A DNA stretch of 64,000 nt, taken from an uncultured virus (IMG/VR IMGVR_UViG_3300029319_000008) (Duplodnaviria; Heunggongvirae; Uroviricota; Caudoviricetes). Positions within the stretch are counted from its first letter, which is position 1. Every line of letters begins with the position of its first letter. Position numbers and translations under genes: made by a program. The notes under the pieces were generated by a model. The model saw only the letters and a list, made by a program, of their open reading frames with translations, was not told where the DNA came from and made no database searches. The stretch lies in IMG/VR virus record IMGVR_UViG_3300029319_000008, one strand, 5' to 3'. Shown one piece after another: positions 1 through 9,400 of this stretch.

Positions 1-4
1 AATT

Positions 5-12
5 TATTTATG
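5..12 (-). promoter_or_regulatory. T4-type late promoter (CATAAATA) for the gene beyond the left edge, expected to be tail sheath gp18
   Basis: TAAATA core on the minus strand downstream of the gp17 block; gp18 follows here in T4-like gene order. Confidence 0.5.
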
Positions 13-51
13 AAATGCTACGTCTCTAAATGGGGAAACATGACGTGAACA

Positions 52-276
52 CTACCAATCGGGGTAAATATCTACCTTTTCCCTTTTTCTTCTTCTCTGA
101 GAAACTCTCTTAATCGAACATCTTTTACACTCATATGCATATGCAGATGGCACATTACCTCTATCTTTTCTAGTTTTATAAAAATCATTTATCAACTCCT
201 TTGTTTCACCACATACCTTACATTTTCTCTGTTCAAAGAGTAAATGTTCTAATCCAAACTGATCTTCAAGTTCCAT
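52..276 (-). CDS. Small zinc-finger-like protein (CxxC...CxxC), 74 aa
   Basis: CKVC...CKRC motifs and a basic C-terminus; start overlaps the upstream stop (TAATG). Confidence 0.75.
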   Translation of the reverse strand: MELEDQFGLEHLLFEQRKCKVCGETKELINDFYKTRKDRGNVPSAYAYECKRCSIKRVSQRRRKREKVDIYPDW

Positions 277-527
277 TATTTTTCAGCAGCATACAAAGCA
301 AATGTGGATGTGGTTATAACAGTCATCATATTAGCAATATGTTGTTTAGTTTCTGAATCACATGTTCTTCCAGGCATTAAACACCCATGTATAGTTGCTG
401 CTACTATTAATAACTGTGTGACAACTACCACTTGAATCAAATTAATAATTCTACCTTTTAAACAAGGAGTGCCATCTTTATTTAAAGGAGGATCCCATCT
501 ACCTTTTTTCTTTTTATTATCCATCAT
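276..527 (-). CDS. Small hypothetical membrane protein, ~83 aa
   Basis: Two hydrophobic segments. The ATG at 527 overlaps the gp17 stop (ATGA), so it is preferred over 539. Confidence 0.65.
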   Translation of the reverse strand: MMDNKKKKGRWDPPLNKDGTPCLKGRIINLIQVVVVTQLLIVAATIHGCLMPGRTCDSETKQHIANMMTVITTSTFALYAAEK

Positions 528-2218
528 CTGTACTCCCACATATAAGAAAGTTCTCCGTACTCACTACCATTATCAACAAACTTGCCCCCTCCATCTTCTG
601 CAATATACCAAACATTTCCCTCAGTATCTACAGATTCATAGTCAGTTAAACCATCATCAATAAAACCAAATGGTGCCATATCTTGATCAATTTGATTTTT
701 TTGTTCTTCATATAATCTTTTACGAACATCATTATCTGTCATCTCTTTAAAATAATCTTGTGCAACTAACCAAGCAAAAATAACTAGACACATTGCAAGG
801 TCATCATTACATCCTTCTTCTGCCTCAAATGATTGTTTCTTTTGAATAAACGTAGTTAGTTCTGAAATAATTTCATAATCATTAACAAGTAACTTGTCTG
901 CTTCAATCAATTGTTTTAAATTAGAGCAACCAATTTTCTTAACTGTAGTACTTGTCTTAACTCCAAGTTGTGTTTTAGATCCAGAAAATCCCTGACCAAC
1001 CAATTGACCAGCACGACCTCTCATAGCACACATAAGAAGGTTTTCATTTTCAAGATCGTATTGTAAAATAGATGCTACTTGATCTCCAATATCATTTACC
1101 TCTACAAGAATGAATGCATTATTATAATTTTTAGCAACTTGGTTAATTATGTTTGGAAACAACATTGGTTTTATTTCGTTGTTTCTATACACACCTACAA
1201 CTTTATAAGGTACAGTGGTAATATCATATAGAATAAATGCAGAGTAATCATTATTAGTTCCACGTGATACGTCAACTGTCATGAGATATTCATGACCTTC
1301 TATTTTATTTTCATATATCTTTAATCCTTTACTGCTTGACAAAGGTTCATCATATGACATAGATCTCAACTTTGCAGCAGATATTAATGTGTCAACAGAT
1401 CCAAGAAATTCACACTCAAACTCTTGTGTGAACTGTCGTAAGGAAGTGTTAGCAATTGTTTGTTCTTTCCATTTCTCATCCCTTCCAGGAACCTGAGACC
1501 AATGTACTTCTGTTGTTACGTATTCATTTCTACCAAGTTCAGCATCATGCCACAACTTGTAGAACATATTCATTCCGTTCGGCGTTGAGATGATGATGAC
1601 TTTTGTGCTTTTACCAGAAGAAATAGTAGGATAAACAGAGGAAAAGAATTGCTCTGCAATATGGTTCGGAATGAACGCAAATTCATCGAGGAAGATGATG
1701 TTAAACGACATACCTCTGACAGCACTTGCAGATGTAGAAGATGCCAAAATTTTACTGCCATTTTCAAGCTCCATTGATCCTTTATTCCATGCTATTATAC
1801 CTTGTTGTAACCAAGTTGGCAAGTTTTCGTATGCAAGTTGTAACCTTCCAAGAAGTTCTCTTGCAGTAGGTGCTTTGTTTGCTAGAATACCAATGTTTAC
1901 ATTATCATTAAATAAAGCATAATGCATAAGATATGCCACAACAGTCGTGGATTTACCCGTCTGTCGTGGCAGTTTTGCTATATTAAATCTATTACTATGG
2001 AAGCGACGAACCATGTCTTCCTGAAAATCATATAAGTCAAAAGGAACTAAACCTTCATCAAGAGAAACAATTTTACAATATGTTTTAGCAAAGTAGACAG
2101 GATCTGCTTTGCATTTCAAATACTCCTTAATCTGTTTTTGTGTAAAGTTGATGGGTACACCAACTTTTTTTAGATTAGGATTACCAAGATAAATTTCATT
2201 TTGTTTTAACTTAGTCAT
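524..2218 (-). CDS. gp17: Terminase large subunit
   Basis: YLGNPNLKK N-terminus, Walker A PRQTGKST, Walker B IIFLDEFAF, ISTPNG coupling motif, nuclease motifs DVSRG...DYS and NDDL. The ATG at 2218 is coupled to the upstream TAA. Confidence 0.97.
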   Translation of the reverse strand: MTKLKQNEIYLGNPNLKKVGVPINFTQKQIKEYLKCKADPVYFAKTYCKIVSLDEGLVPFDLYDFQEDMVRRFHSNRFNIAKLPRQTGKSTTVVAYLMHYALFNDNVNIGILANKAPTARELLGRLQLAYENLPTWLQQGIIAWNKGSMELENGSKILASSTSASAVRGMSFNIIFLDEFAFIPNHIAEQFFSSVYPTISSGKSTKVIIISTPNGMNMFYKLWHDAELGRNEYVTTEVHWSQVPGRDEKWKEQTIANTSLRQFTQEFECEFLGSVDTLISAAKLRSMSYDEPLSSSKGLKIYENKIEGHEYLMTVDVSRGTNNDYSAFILYDITTVPYKVVGVYRNNEIKPMLFPNIINQVAKNYNNAFILVEVNDIGDQVASILQYDLENENLLMCAMRGRAGQLVGQGFSGSKTQLGVKTSTTVKKIGCSNLKQLIEADKLLVNDYEIISELTTFIQKKQSFEAEEGCNDDLAMCLVIFAWLVAQDYFKEMTDNDVRKRLYEEQKNQIDQDMAPFGFIDDGLTDYESVDTEGNVWYIAEDGGGKFVDNGSEYGELSYMWEYR

Positions 2219-2364
2219 TACCACTTAGGAGGATTATCAGGGCATCTCATTTGAGGAAGAAGAGTTTTCAATGGCATAAAGCAACCACATAATTTACATT
2301 GTTTTGTCCTTGGTTTAAAAAATTCACATTCAGTGCAAATTTTATATTTTTCATCAGATCTCAT
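2218..2364 (-). CDS. 48-aa Cys-rich protein, not in the ORF track (MRSDEKYKICTECEFFKPRTKQCKLCGCFMPLKTLLPQMRCPDNPPKW)
   Basis: Translated by hand; CxxC...CxxCGC...CP..KW pattern; fills the gap exactly, with a TAATG overlap into gp17. Confidence 0.8.
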   Translation of the reverse strand: MRSDEKYKICTECEFFKPRTKQCKLCGCFMPLKTLLPQMRCPDNPPKW

Positions 2365-2367
2365 AAA

Positions 2368-2652
2368 TTAACAATCCCATGCTCTTAATGATTTATTTAT
2401 CCTTGAATTTGGATCACTTGCAGTTTTCTTACTTGTAAGTTTTTTCTTCATCCCACGCATCCGAGCACAAAAAGATTTTCTTCTCTTGTTGCCTTTCTTC
2501 TTGGTTGGTGCTTTCAGATCGCTCCCAGGGTTCTCCCTCTCGTAAGATTTTCTGCCCTTCTCGTTGAGTCCACCTTCTTTGTTCTTGCCTGATTTCTTTG
2601 TCCATGCTGCTCCCTCATCAAGTTCTATACAATATTGTTTAAAAGTTTTCAT
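2368..2652 (-). CDS. Basic conserved phage protein (DUF6321-like), possible internal head protein
   Basis: GKNKEGGLNEKGRKSY...RRKSFCARM...SRINKSLRAWDC motif; N-terminus MKTFKQY...LDE. Confidence 0.75.
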   Translation of the reverse strand: MKTFKQYCIELDEGAAWTKKSGKNKEGGLNEKGRKSYERENPGSDLKAPTKKKGNKRRKSFCARMRGMKKKLTSKKTASDPNSRINKSLRAWDC

Positions 2653-2933
2653 CCTTCTATACCCACAGATGTTGCAAAAACAGTAGTAATTCCACTGCCA
2701 ACCTCAAGAGTAAATAATCTGTCTTTCTTAATTATTAACTCATGTCCCTGTAAGAGTAAAACACTTCCTTGAACTGCTGCACTACCAGATTGATAAGTGT
2801 CATCACTTTTAATAATAACTTCTGCTGCAGCACCAGTATTTTGAAGAAGCACTCTATTGGCATTACTTACTGTGCTTGGAGTATCTGACAATGCTGTGTG
2901 GATTGATTTAATTAACAATGTTGAACTTATCAT
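2649..2933 (-). CDS. Hypothetical (probable virion) protein, 94 aa
   Basis: Clean ORF in the late cluster with an ATGA overlap; beta-rich composition; preceded by a TAAATA box. Confidence 0.7.
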   Translation of the reverse strand: MISSTLLIKSIHTALSDTPSTVSNANRVLLQNTGAAAEVIIKSDDTYQSGSAAVQGSVLLLQGHELIIKKDRLFTLEVGSGITTVFATSVGIEG

Positions 2934-2951
2934 GACTGTAATGTTTTTTAA

Positions 2952-3380
2952 TTATTTATTATCTAGAAGACCTTGCTTAATAAGTTTAGATAACTCTGCA
3001 GTTGATCCAACAAACAAAGCATTGTTATTAGTAACTTTTTGTTTGGACTTTGGACCTTCTTCAATATCTTGCATTTTCTTTTGAAGATCAATAAGTTTTT
3101 CAGCAGCGTCAGAAACGCTCTTAACTAATTGTCCAGTAACTTCATATGCTCTAGGGTGGTCTGTATTATTCGCTACGTCTAAGGCACCTGAGAGTGCCTC
3201 CTGACCCTTCTCAATGACATTATATAGTTCACCCCTAACAAAGTCATAATCTTTTTGAACGTCCTTATCAATATCGATAACACGCTCTGTTCTTTTCTTT
3301 GGTTTTGGTGACTCTTTCATAGGAACAATATCTGCTTCTATGTTGAGTGCATCTTCTATTCCGTCGTAGTTTTCCTTCAT
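2952..3380 (-). CDS. gp16: Terminase small subunit
   Basis: DYDFVRGELY...HPRAYEV...NNALFVGSTAEL, typical of T4-like gp16; lies between gp15 and gp17. Confidence 0.93.
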   Translation of the reverse strand: MKENYDGIEDALNIEADIVPMKESPKPKKRTERVIDIDKDVQKDYDFVRGELYNVIEKGQEALSGALDVANNTDHPRAYEVTGQLVKSVSDAAEKLIDLQKKMQDIEEGPKSKQKVTNNNALFVGSTAELSKLIKQGLLDNK

Positions 3381-4183
3381 ACGTCCTCAAAGAATCCAGA
3401 TGTTTCATTAAATCCAAAGTCATCACCAGATACAAGAAGTGCATCATCTAGTGCATCAACAATAGTGTCATTGTTTTTATCTTCTTTTGCTTTGGGAGTA
3501 ACTGTGTATTTTCTGTGTCTACTAGCAATATTAAGATCTGTTGTAGAATATTCTTTAGTAATTGCTTTTTTAATAAGACCAGTATCTGAAGTAGGACCGT
3601 AAATATATGTTTTTAATGTAAATCTTAATGTGTACACAAGAGATCTTCTAGTTGCAAAATCTCCTTCGTAATCATCATCAAATGTAATACTGTTAAGAAT
3701 GATTGGAACATCTCTTCTTATATTTGCTTCATCAACCAACTTCATACTAAGATTAAAAGAAGGTTGGAAGTATGGTACAATTTGTTCTACAATTTGAAGA
3801 CAGTCGTCTTGAGTTTTACTAAGAACGTTTAATTCAAACTCAAGGTTATATGGAACTGGAACGTATGTTTTCTTTAAACCTTCATTATTCTCCTCAGTCA
3901 AACAATATTGTACTGGACTTTGTTTACGTGAAGGATCATATACCATCCCTGTCATCTCAAATGCTAAACGAGGAAGGGTAATAGCATTTGGTCTTGTAAG
4001 TTGAGGTTGCTCTGTTAAACGAGCAAGAAACTTTTGACGTGGACCATATGCCAAGGGAACTTTCATCCTTTGATATACTGATCCGTCATCATGATATTTA
4101 CGAATTTCAATATCATTAAATAAGGTGCCGAATCCTACGACACTCTTTCTCATAATTTGATTATATTGGTATGTACCTAGCAT
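3377..4183 (-). CDS. gp15: Tail sheath stabilizer / tail completion protein
   Basis: FGTLFNDI...KVPLAYGP.QKFLAR...LPRLAFE...PVPYN motifs; synteny. Confidence 0.93.
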   Translation of the reverse strand: MLGTYQYNQIMRKSVVGFGTLFNDIEIRKYHDDGSVYQRMKVPLAYGPRQKFLARLTEQPQLTRPNAITLPRLAFEMTGMVYDPSRKQSPVQYCLTEENNEGLKKTYVPVPYNLEFELNVLSKTQDDCLQIVEQIVPYFQPSFNLSMKLVDEANIRRDVPIILNSITFDDDYEGDFATRRSLVYTLRFTLKTYIYGPTSDTGLIKKAITKEYSTTDLNIASRHRKYTVTPKAKEDKNNDTIVDALDDALLVSGDDFGFNETSGFFEDV

Positions 4184-4185
4184 AA

Positions 4186-5070
4186 TTAACTCCTATTGCC
4201 AAATTCTCCAAATGGGTTTCTTTCGGTAAAATCTAAAATGTCATCACCTGTATTTTCAAATTCAATATTAGATGCAAATGCGTCTTCCATATCAAGTTCA
4301 TTAAAACTAGATATATTTATAGAGAAACCAGATTTAACACCAGTTAACGTTTCTCCTACTTGATAGGTATTATAATTACTATTTGCGTTAAATGCTCTCA
4401 ATTCAATCCATGCCTCATCAGGATTCCAATCGTTTATCATAGAGGTAATACCAGTTATAGAACCAGTAACCATTTCTCCAAGAGAAGGTTCTCCAGATAA
4501 AGTAGAATGCTCATAATAGTATTTAACAACAAATCCTTCATCCTCTTGACTCTCAAATATATCTCCACCTGCAGTTTCGTTTGAGTACTCGAAGAGTTCA
4601 CATTTTAATTCATAGGTATATAACTTACCAAATTGATAAAATGGTTTTTCATGTTCTACAAATTTAATTTCAAATAAGTTAGATGTTAGTGGAAAGAAAA
4701 TTAAATCTCCTTCACTAGGTCTATTTCCAACAACAATTTCATCAACACCCGTCATTTGAATTGCAAGAAAATCTTCATAGAGTTGTCTTGATATTGTTAA
4801 AGTAATTTCATCTGTAGATCTAATTCCAAACTTAGTTAAAATATCTCCAGCACCTTGAAATCCCTCAGTATTCTCTAAGTAAGCATATGTTAAAAATGCA
4901 TCATCAAATTGAGAGATAACTTCTTCATTAAGTATAGTATCTCTAGAAATAAGTTTTCTTGGAATGTAAAGAATATCAAGACCAAACATTTTAACAAACT
5001 CGTCTACCAGCGACTGCTGGAGCATTTGTTCATTTCTTGTGCCGTGTCTGAAAAAAGTATTTTTTGCCAT
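4186..5070 (-). CDS. gp14: Neck protein
   Basis: YIPR...KFG...RPSEGDLIFFP...FEIKFVEHEKPFYQFG...YELKCELFEYS...NPFG; synteny. Confidence 0.92.
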   Translation of the reverse strand: MAKNTFFRHGTRNEQMLQQSLVDEFVKMFGLDILYIPRKLISRDTILNEEVISQFDDAFLTYAYLENTEGFQGAGDILTKFGIRSTDEITLTISRQLYEDFLAIQMTGVDEIVVGNRPSEGDLIFFPLTSNLFEIKFVEHEKPFYQFGKLYTYELKCELFEYSNETAGGDIFESQEDEGFVVKYYYEHSTLSGEPSLGEMVTGSITGITSMINDWNPDEAWIELRAFNANSNYNTYQVGETLTGVKSGFSINISSFNELDMEDAFASNIEFENTGDDILDFTERNPFGEFGNRS

Positions 5071-5071
5071 T

Positions 5072-6145
5072 TTATCCGATCATATCCATTGGAGGAATTT
5101 CATATCTAGATGACATTTCTGCTTCAATCTCTGCAATCTCTGCAATTGCATCATCATATAATTGTCTACCATTCATGGTAATACCACCTGGTAATTGAGC
5201 ACCTTGAAACTTAATTAGATTTTGTCCCCATTGTTTTTTAATTAATGCAGTGACATATCTTTTTAAGAAAGGATCATTAAATACTTGACTGTTTTCTGAA
5301 GGATCTAAAAGACGATAACAATCAATAATTACAAATGCACCTTCATCTACAAAGTCACGATCAGTATCAATATAGAGACGATCTTGACGTTGATTAAATC
5401 TAAATGGAATAAAGTTACCATTATTTAATACCATATCTAATGTTTCAAGATATGATTTAACCATGTAATAACTTAAGATATCAACAGATCCAAATTGATA
5501 TAAGTCATTTAGGAATAATTGATACTCCAATCCAAATAAATTACTTCTTATATTACTTCCTTTAATACCAAAAACTTTATTAATACCTAATACAGAAGGA
5601 GGTACACGTAAGAAATTATCTCTTCTTTCCCATACTGTTTTATCATCTACACTTGTAACTTCAACTTGAGCATCTAAACTACTACCAGATTGATTAATTG
5701 TAAGAATATCGCCTACTGTATAATTAAAACCAGTACCACCTGTTACACCATCGTTTAACTCTACTGCTGTTACTTTACCGTCTTTTGCAGTAATACTAAA
5801 ACGTGCCCCTTGATCTCCTGTTCCCCCTGTGGTAGGCACATTACTCTCAGTAGTGTATCCACTAGTACCTTCTTCTATTAATTTTACAGTTAATACTGAA
5901 CCAAAATACGCATGTACTGATTCTTTCCTATCCAATCCTTTAAAATTAGCGACATCATTTTCTGTGAATTTATGTTTTAAAAACATTCTTTCACTACCAT
6001 TGTAATGACGCTCATTAAACATTTGAAGAGCGTCATCGATTAAATCATCAATTTGATCATCATCTACGTTAATTTCCAGAACTGGTTTGCCTAATCTACG
6101 TAAAGCATATTCTTTCAGATCTGATCTACTTGCTGGTTGCGACAT
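5072..6145 (-). CDS. gp13: Neck protein carrying an inserted Gly-rich module
   Basis: LRRLGKPVLEINVDDDQ...KKQWGQNLIKF...LPGGITMNG...PPMDMIG; synteny. Confidence 0.93.
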   Translation of the reverse strand: MSQPASRSDLKEYALRRLGKPVLEINVDDDQIDDLIDDALQMFNERHYNGSERMFLKHKFTENDVANFKGLDRKESVHAYFGSVLTVKLIEEGTSGYTTESNVPTTGGTGDQGARFSITAKDGKVTAVELNDGVTGGTGFNYTVGDILTINQSGSSLDAQVEVTSVDDKTVWERRDNFLRVPPSVLGINKVFGIKGSNIRSNLFGLEYQLFLNDLYQFGSVDILSYYMVKSYLETLDMVLNNGNFIPFRFNQRQDRLYIDTDRDFVDEGAFVIIDCYRLLDPSENSQVFNDPFLKRYVTALIKKQWGQNLIKFQGAQLPGGITMNGRQLYDDAIAEIAEIEAEMSSRYEIPPMDMIG

Positions 6146-6156
6146 CGGGTACGCAT

Positions 6157-6190
6157 AAAAAAAAGTCCTCTACCTATTTAGCAGAGGACT
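6157..6190 (-). terminator. Intrinsic terminator whose loop carries a late promoter core (TAAATA) for gp13
   Basis: Minus strand reads AGTCCTCTGC-TAAATAG-GTAGAGGACT followed by a T run. Confidence 0.8.
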
Positions 6191-6196
6191 GATTTG

Positions 6197-6418
6197 TTAA
6201 CCTTCAACGTGTTGTGAAATAAGTTCTTGTTTACCTGAATCTAGGTCAACCTCCCCTCCATCTTCTTGTTGTTTTGCCATTTTAAGACCTTCGATGGCAC
6301 CTTGTAAACGAAAGAATTCTTCTTTCTTTGCTGTGAGAGTTGTATCAAGTTCTCGAATTTCTTCAACGAGTTCTTTCATGTTTTTTTCAAAACGTGTAAT
6401 CATCTCAGTTACTGTCAT
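6197..6418 (-). CDS. Hypothetical coiled-coil protein, 73 aa
   Basis: AGGAGG Shine-Dalgarno, heptad pattern, RLQGAIE motif. Confidence 0.8.
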   Translation of the reverse strand: MTVTEMITRFEKNMKELVEEIRELDTTLTAKKEEFFRLQGAIEGLKMAKQQEDGGEVDLDSGKQELISQHVEG

Positions 6419-6458
6419 TATGTCCTCCTATAGAATGGTATAATTGTCATGACACTTT

Positions 6459-6466
6459 TATTTATA
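6459..6466 (-). promoter_or_regulatory. T4-type late promoter TATAAATA
   Basis: Exact gp55-type consensus in the intergenic gap. Confidence 0.75.
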
Positions 6467-6470
6467 AAGG

Positions 6471-9400
6471 TTATTCTAACATCTCATCATCAGGATCTGG
6501 GGTTTCTTGACCGTCAAAGTGATCTGATTTATTCTCAGGTTCTTCAGCAAGGAATGCTTCATAATTTGGATAATCATCTCCAGGACGTTCTGACTTATCT
6601 GGTTCAAGAATAGTTTTACCATCATCATCAGTCCAATTTGCTTCTTTAATTTTAGCGTCTTGACGTTCTGCAACAACCATCCAATCAATAGTATCAGTGC
6701 AAGATGAATCTTGTGCTTCAATAGAAATAACACCTGCTTCAGTAACTGTAGCACGAACTTGTGTCCATCCTTGATTATTAGTAACAAATACTTGAGGATC
6801 TCTACAAAGTAATTCCCATGTACCTGGTGTTAAACCAACTGCCTCATCCATATTAACTGTTGCAGTTCCATTAACAAGTGCAACTTTGTTTCTATAAATT
6901 AGATCAGGACGTGGACCCTCAACGAATGAGTGAACCAGATCTTTAGTTTCAGTAAGTGCTGGAAGTGGATGAGGAATACGGAATGTACCAGATCCTTTGG
7001 TTAGTGTGCCTTCATGATATGCATCACCGTTTGATCTAAAGTAATGATACTTATTACCTGACCACTCACCACAACTATATCCAGAACAAGAATAACCATA
7101 GATAGCAAATTCTTCATTTGAATCATCATTAAGATGTAATTCTAATCTAGAAGTATTTGAGGATGGAGTTACAAATCTAAAACCATATGGGTCGGAGTTT
7201 GTACCATAACCTGTCTGACGGAATCTAATAGTGTTTGTAGTAATGGTTGGACAACGCATCTCACCCGTAACATCAAGTTGGATGCCAGATGCTGCGTTTG
7301 TGCCGATACCTACACGACCTGAGAAGTAATTTCTTGTCTCATTAGAAACATAAAGTCCGTAAATATTCTCTGCATTAATGTTAGAAGGAATATTACCTGC
7401 ACTGTCTCTATCACTTGTTCTCCAGTTTATACCACGAATATTAGAACCAATTGATATACCACGTATGGTAGAAGTTGTACCACCATCCATTCTTGTATAG
7501 ATTTGGAGACCATAAGCATTGTTTACTATAGTACCATAAACTCTATCTTCTATAGAAGTACCTATTCTATGATAGAAATAACCTCCGTATTTAATATTTG
7601 TTCTAGAACCTCGGCGAGTGTCCTGGTAAGTATAGATCCCTCTTGCGTTTGCCACATATCCAGGAGAACCTCCTGTTCCACCACTGATTCCATTATACAT
7701 ATCTCCTTCAAAATCATATGCATTATCCACTCTACCATTACGATAGTTTCTACAGAATCCTCTTACTGCTCTTTGGTTTACATAACGTCCACCATATACG
7801 TTGTACATAAGACCACGAACACCCTCACCATATCCAATATATGCAGTAGCATAGTTTCTCTTATCTGTATATCCTGCTCTAGAGTATGCATAGTTAAGAG
7901 ATGGGTAAATACTGTCTAAGAAAGCATCTTGCTGGTTACCATTAGCAACATACATTTCACCAGGACGACCTTGGAAACTCATACTAAAGTCAGAATAGGT
8001 GGTTCCGTATCCAGTTTGAGTGGTGATATTATAAGAACTGCTTCTAGTATTATTAACATATACTGCTTTACCACGTTCCCCTGAACCTGCACCATTAGCA
8101 GGAACAGTTGTAGAATAAGGAAGTGCTGTTCCCTGTGGTGGAAGATAATACATCGTAAATCTATCGTTCCAACCAACATCAAGAGCAGTATTTGCACCTG
8201 TTCCAGTATTAAACAATCCAACTCTATTCCAACGTCCTTTTACCCTTGCATTGTCTGGAGGTGTAAAGTTAACGGTAGAACCATTTGTGAATGAATATGT
8301 TCCTGCAGCAGTAATTGTATCAGTAAATAATTCATCCCAACCAGGATTATTTAATCTAACAAGAAATCTTTCTGGATATGGATCTGTATCTGATGTTCCT
8401 GGTCTATAGCAATTAATGTTTCTATTAAATGTACCAGAATTACTACCATTAGTATCATTAATATCTCCATTAGTTCCACCTGCTGCAGTACCAAGTCCAG
8501 TATTACTCATAGTCAGACCTTGGTTATAATGGAATTTATGTCCTTCTTCTCCCCCAGTCATAGAGTTGTCTGTGGTTTTTTCAACATAAACCCAAACGTT
8601 TCTAGCAACGTTATTTAAAGTAAAACCACCACTTCCATTAGCAGTAGCAGTTCTACTATAATTTCCTATCTCAATTTTTACAATTTTATATCCATCATCC
8701 TCATAGTTTGCTCCAATAGGACCATACTGTTTCATTACATCAGCAAAAACAATTTTAGAGTCACTTGTATTAACACCTTGATTAGTAGTAATAGATGCAA
8801 TTGGGTTTTCATACTTTGGTCTACCACCTTGAGTAGATCCAGTATTACTTTCAAAATATCTACTCCAGTTTCTATAATATGCTAAATTTCTAACAGTATA
8901 TTGTGTTCTCCAAGAATGCATCTGACGGTTATTATAATAACCTAAAAGATACATCATGGAATGACCAGAGTACCTATAATCAAATTGATCATAACCTCTA
9001 ATCATATGAGATGTAGAAGGACCCCATCTCCTAATACCTACATGATCACGTAAATATGTTTGACCATTAACATCTAATTTTGCTGCACCATTAAAACCAC
9101 CAGTAAGATTAATACCAACTCTATAACTATCAAGATATAGAATATCTCTTAACTGTTCTGTACTACTATCATAGTTTCTACCATATGCTCTAAATCTCCA
9201 TTGCTCAGGACCTCTTTGATCAGTTCTAGAACGCATCCATAATGCATCATTTGTAGAACCACCACTACCATTAGGAACTTTCCATCTAAAATACCAACGA
9301 TTGGAATCCGTATTAGTTGTAAATCTCCAACGATAATTACCATCAGCAGATCTAAATTCTGGACCTAAATCTCCTTGGTTTGCAAAAGTTGTACTAGGTA

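Noticed and set aside
524..2218. Intein or intron in terminase gp17
   Set aside because: Normal length and continuous motifs; no splicing or homing-endonuclease signatures.
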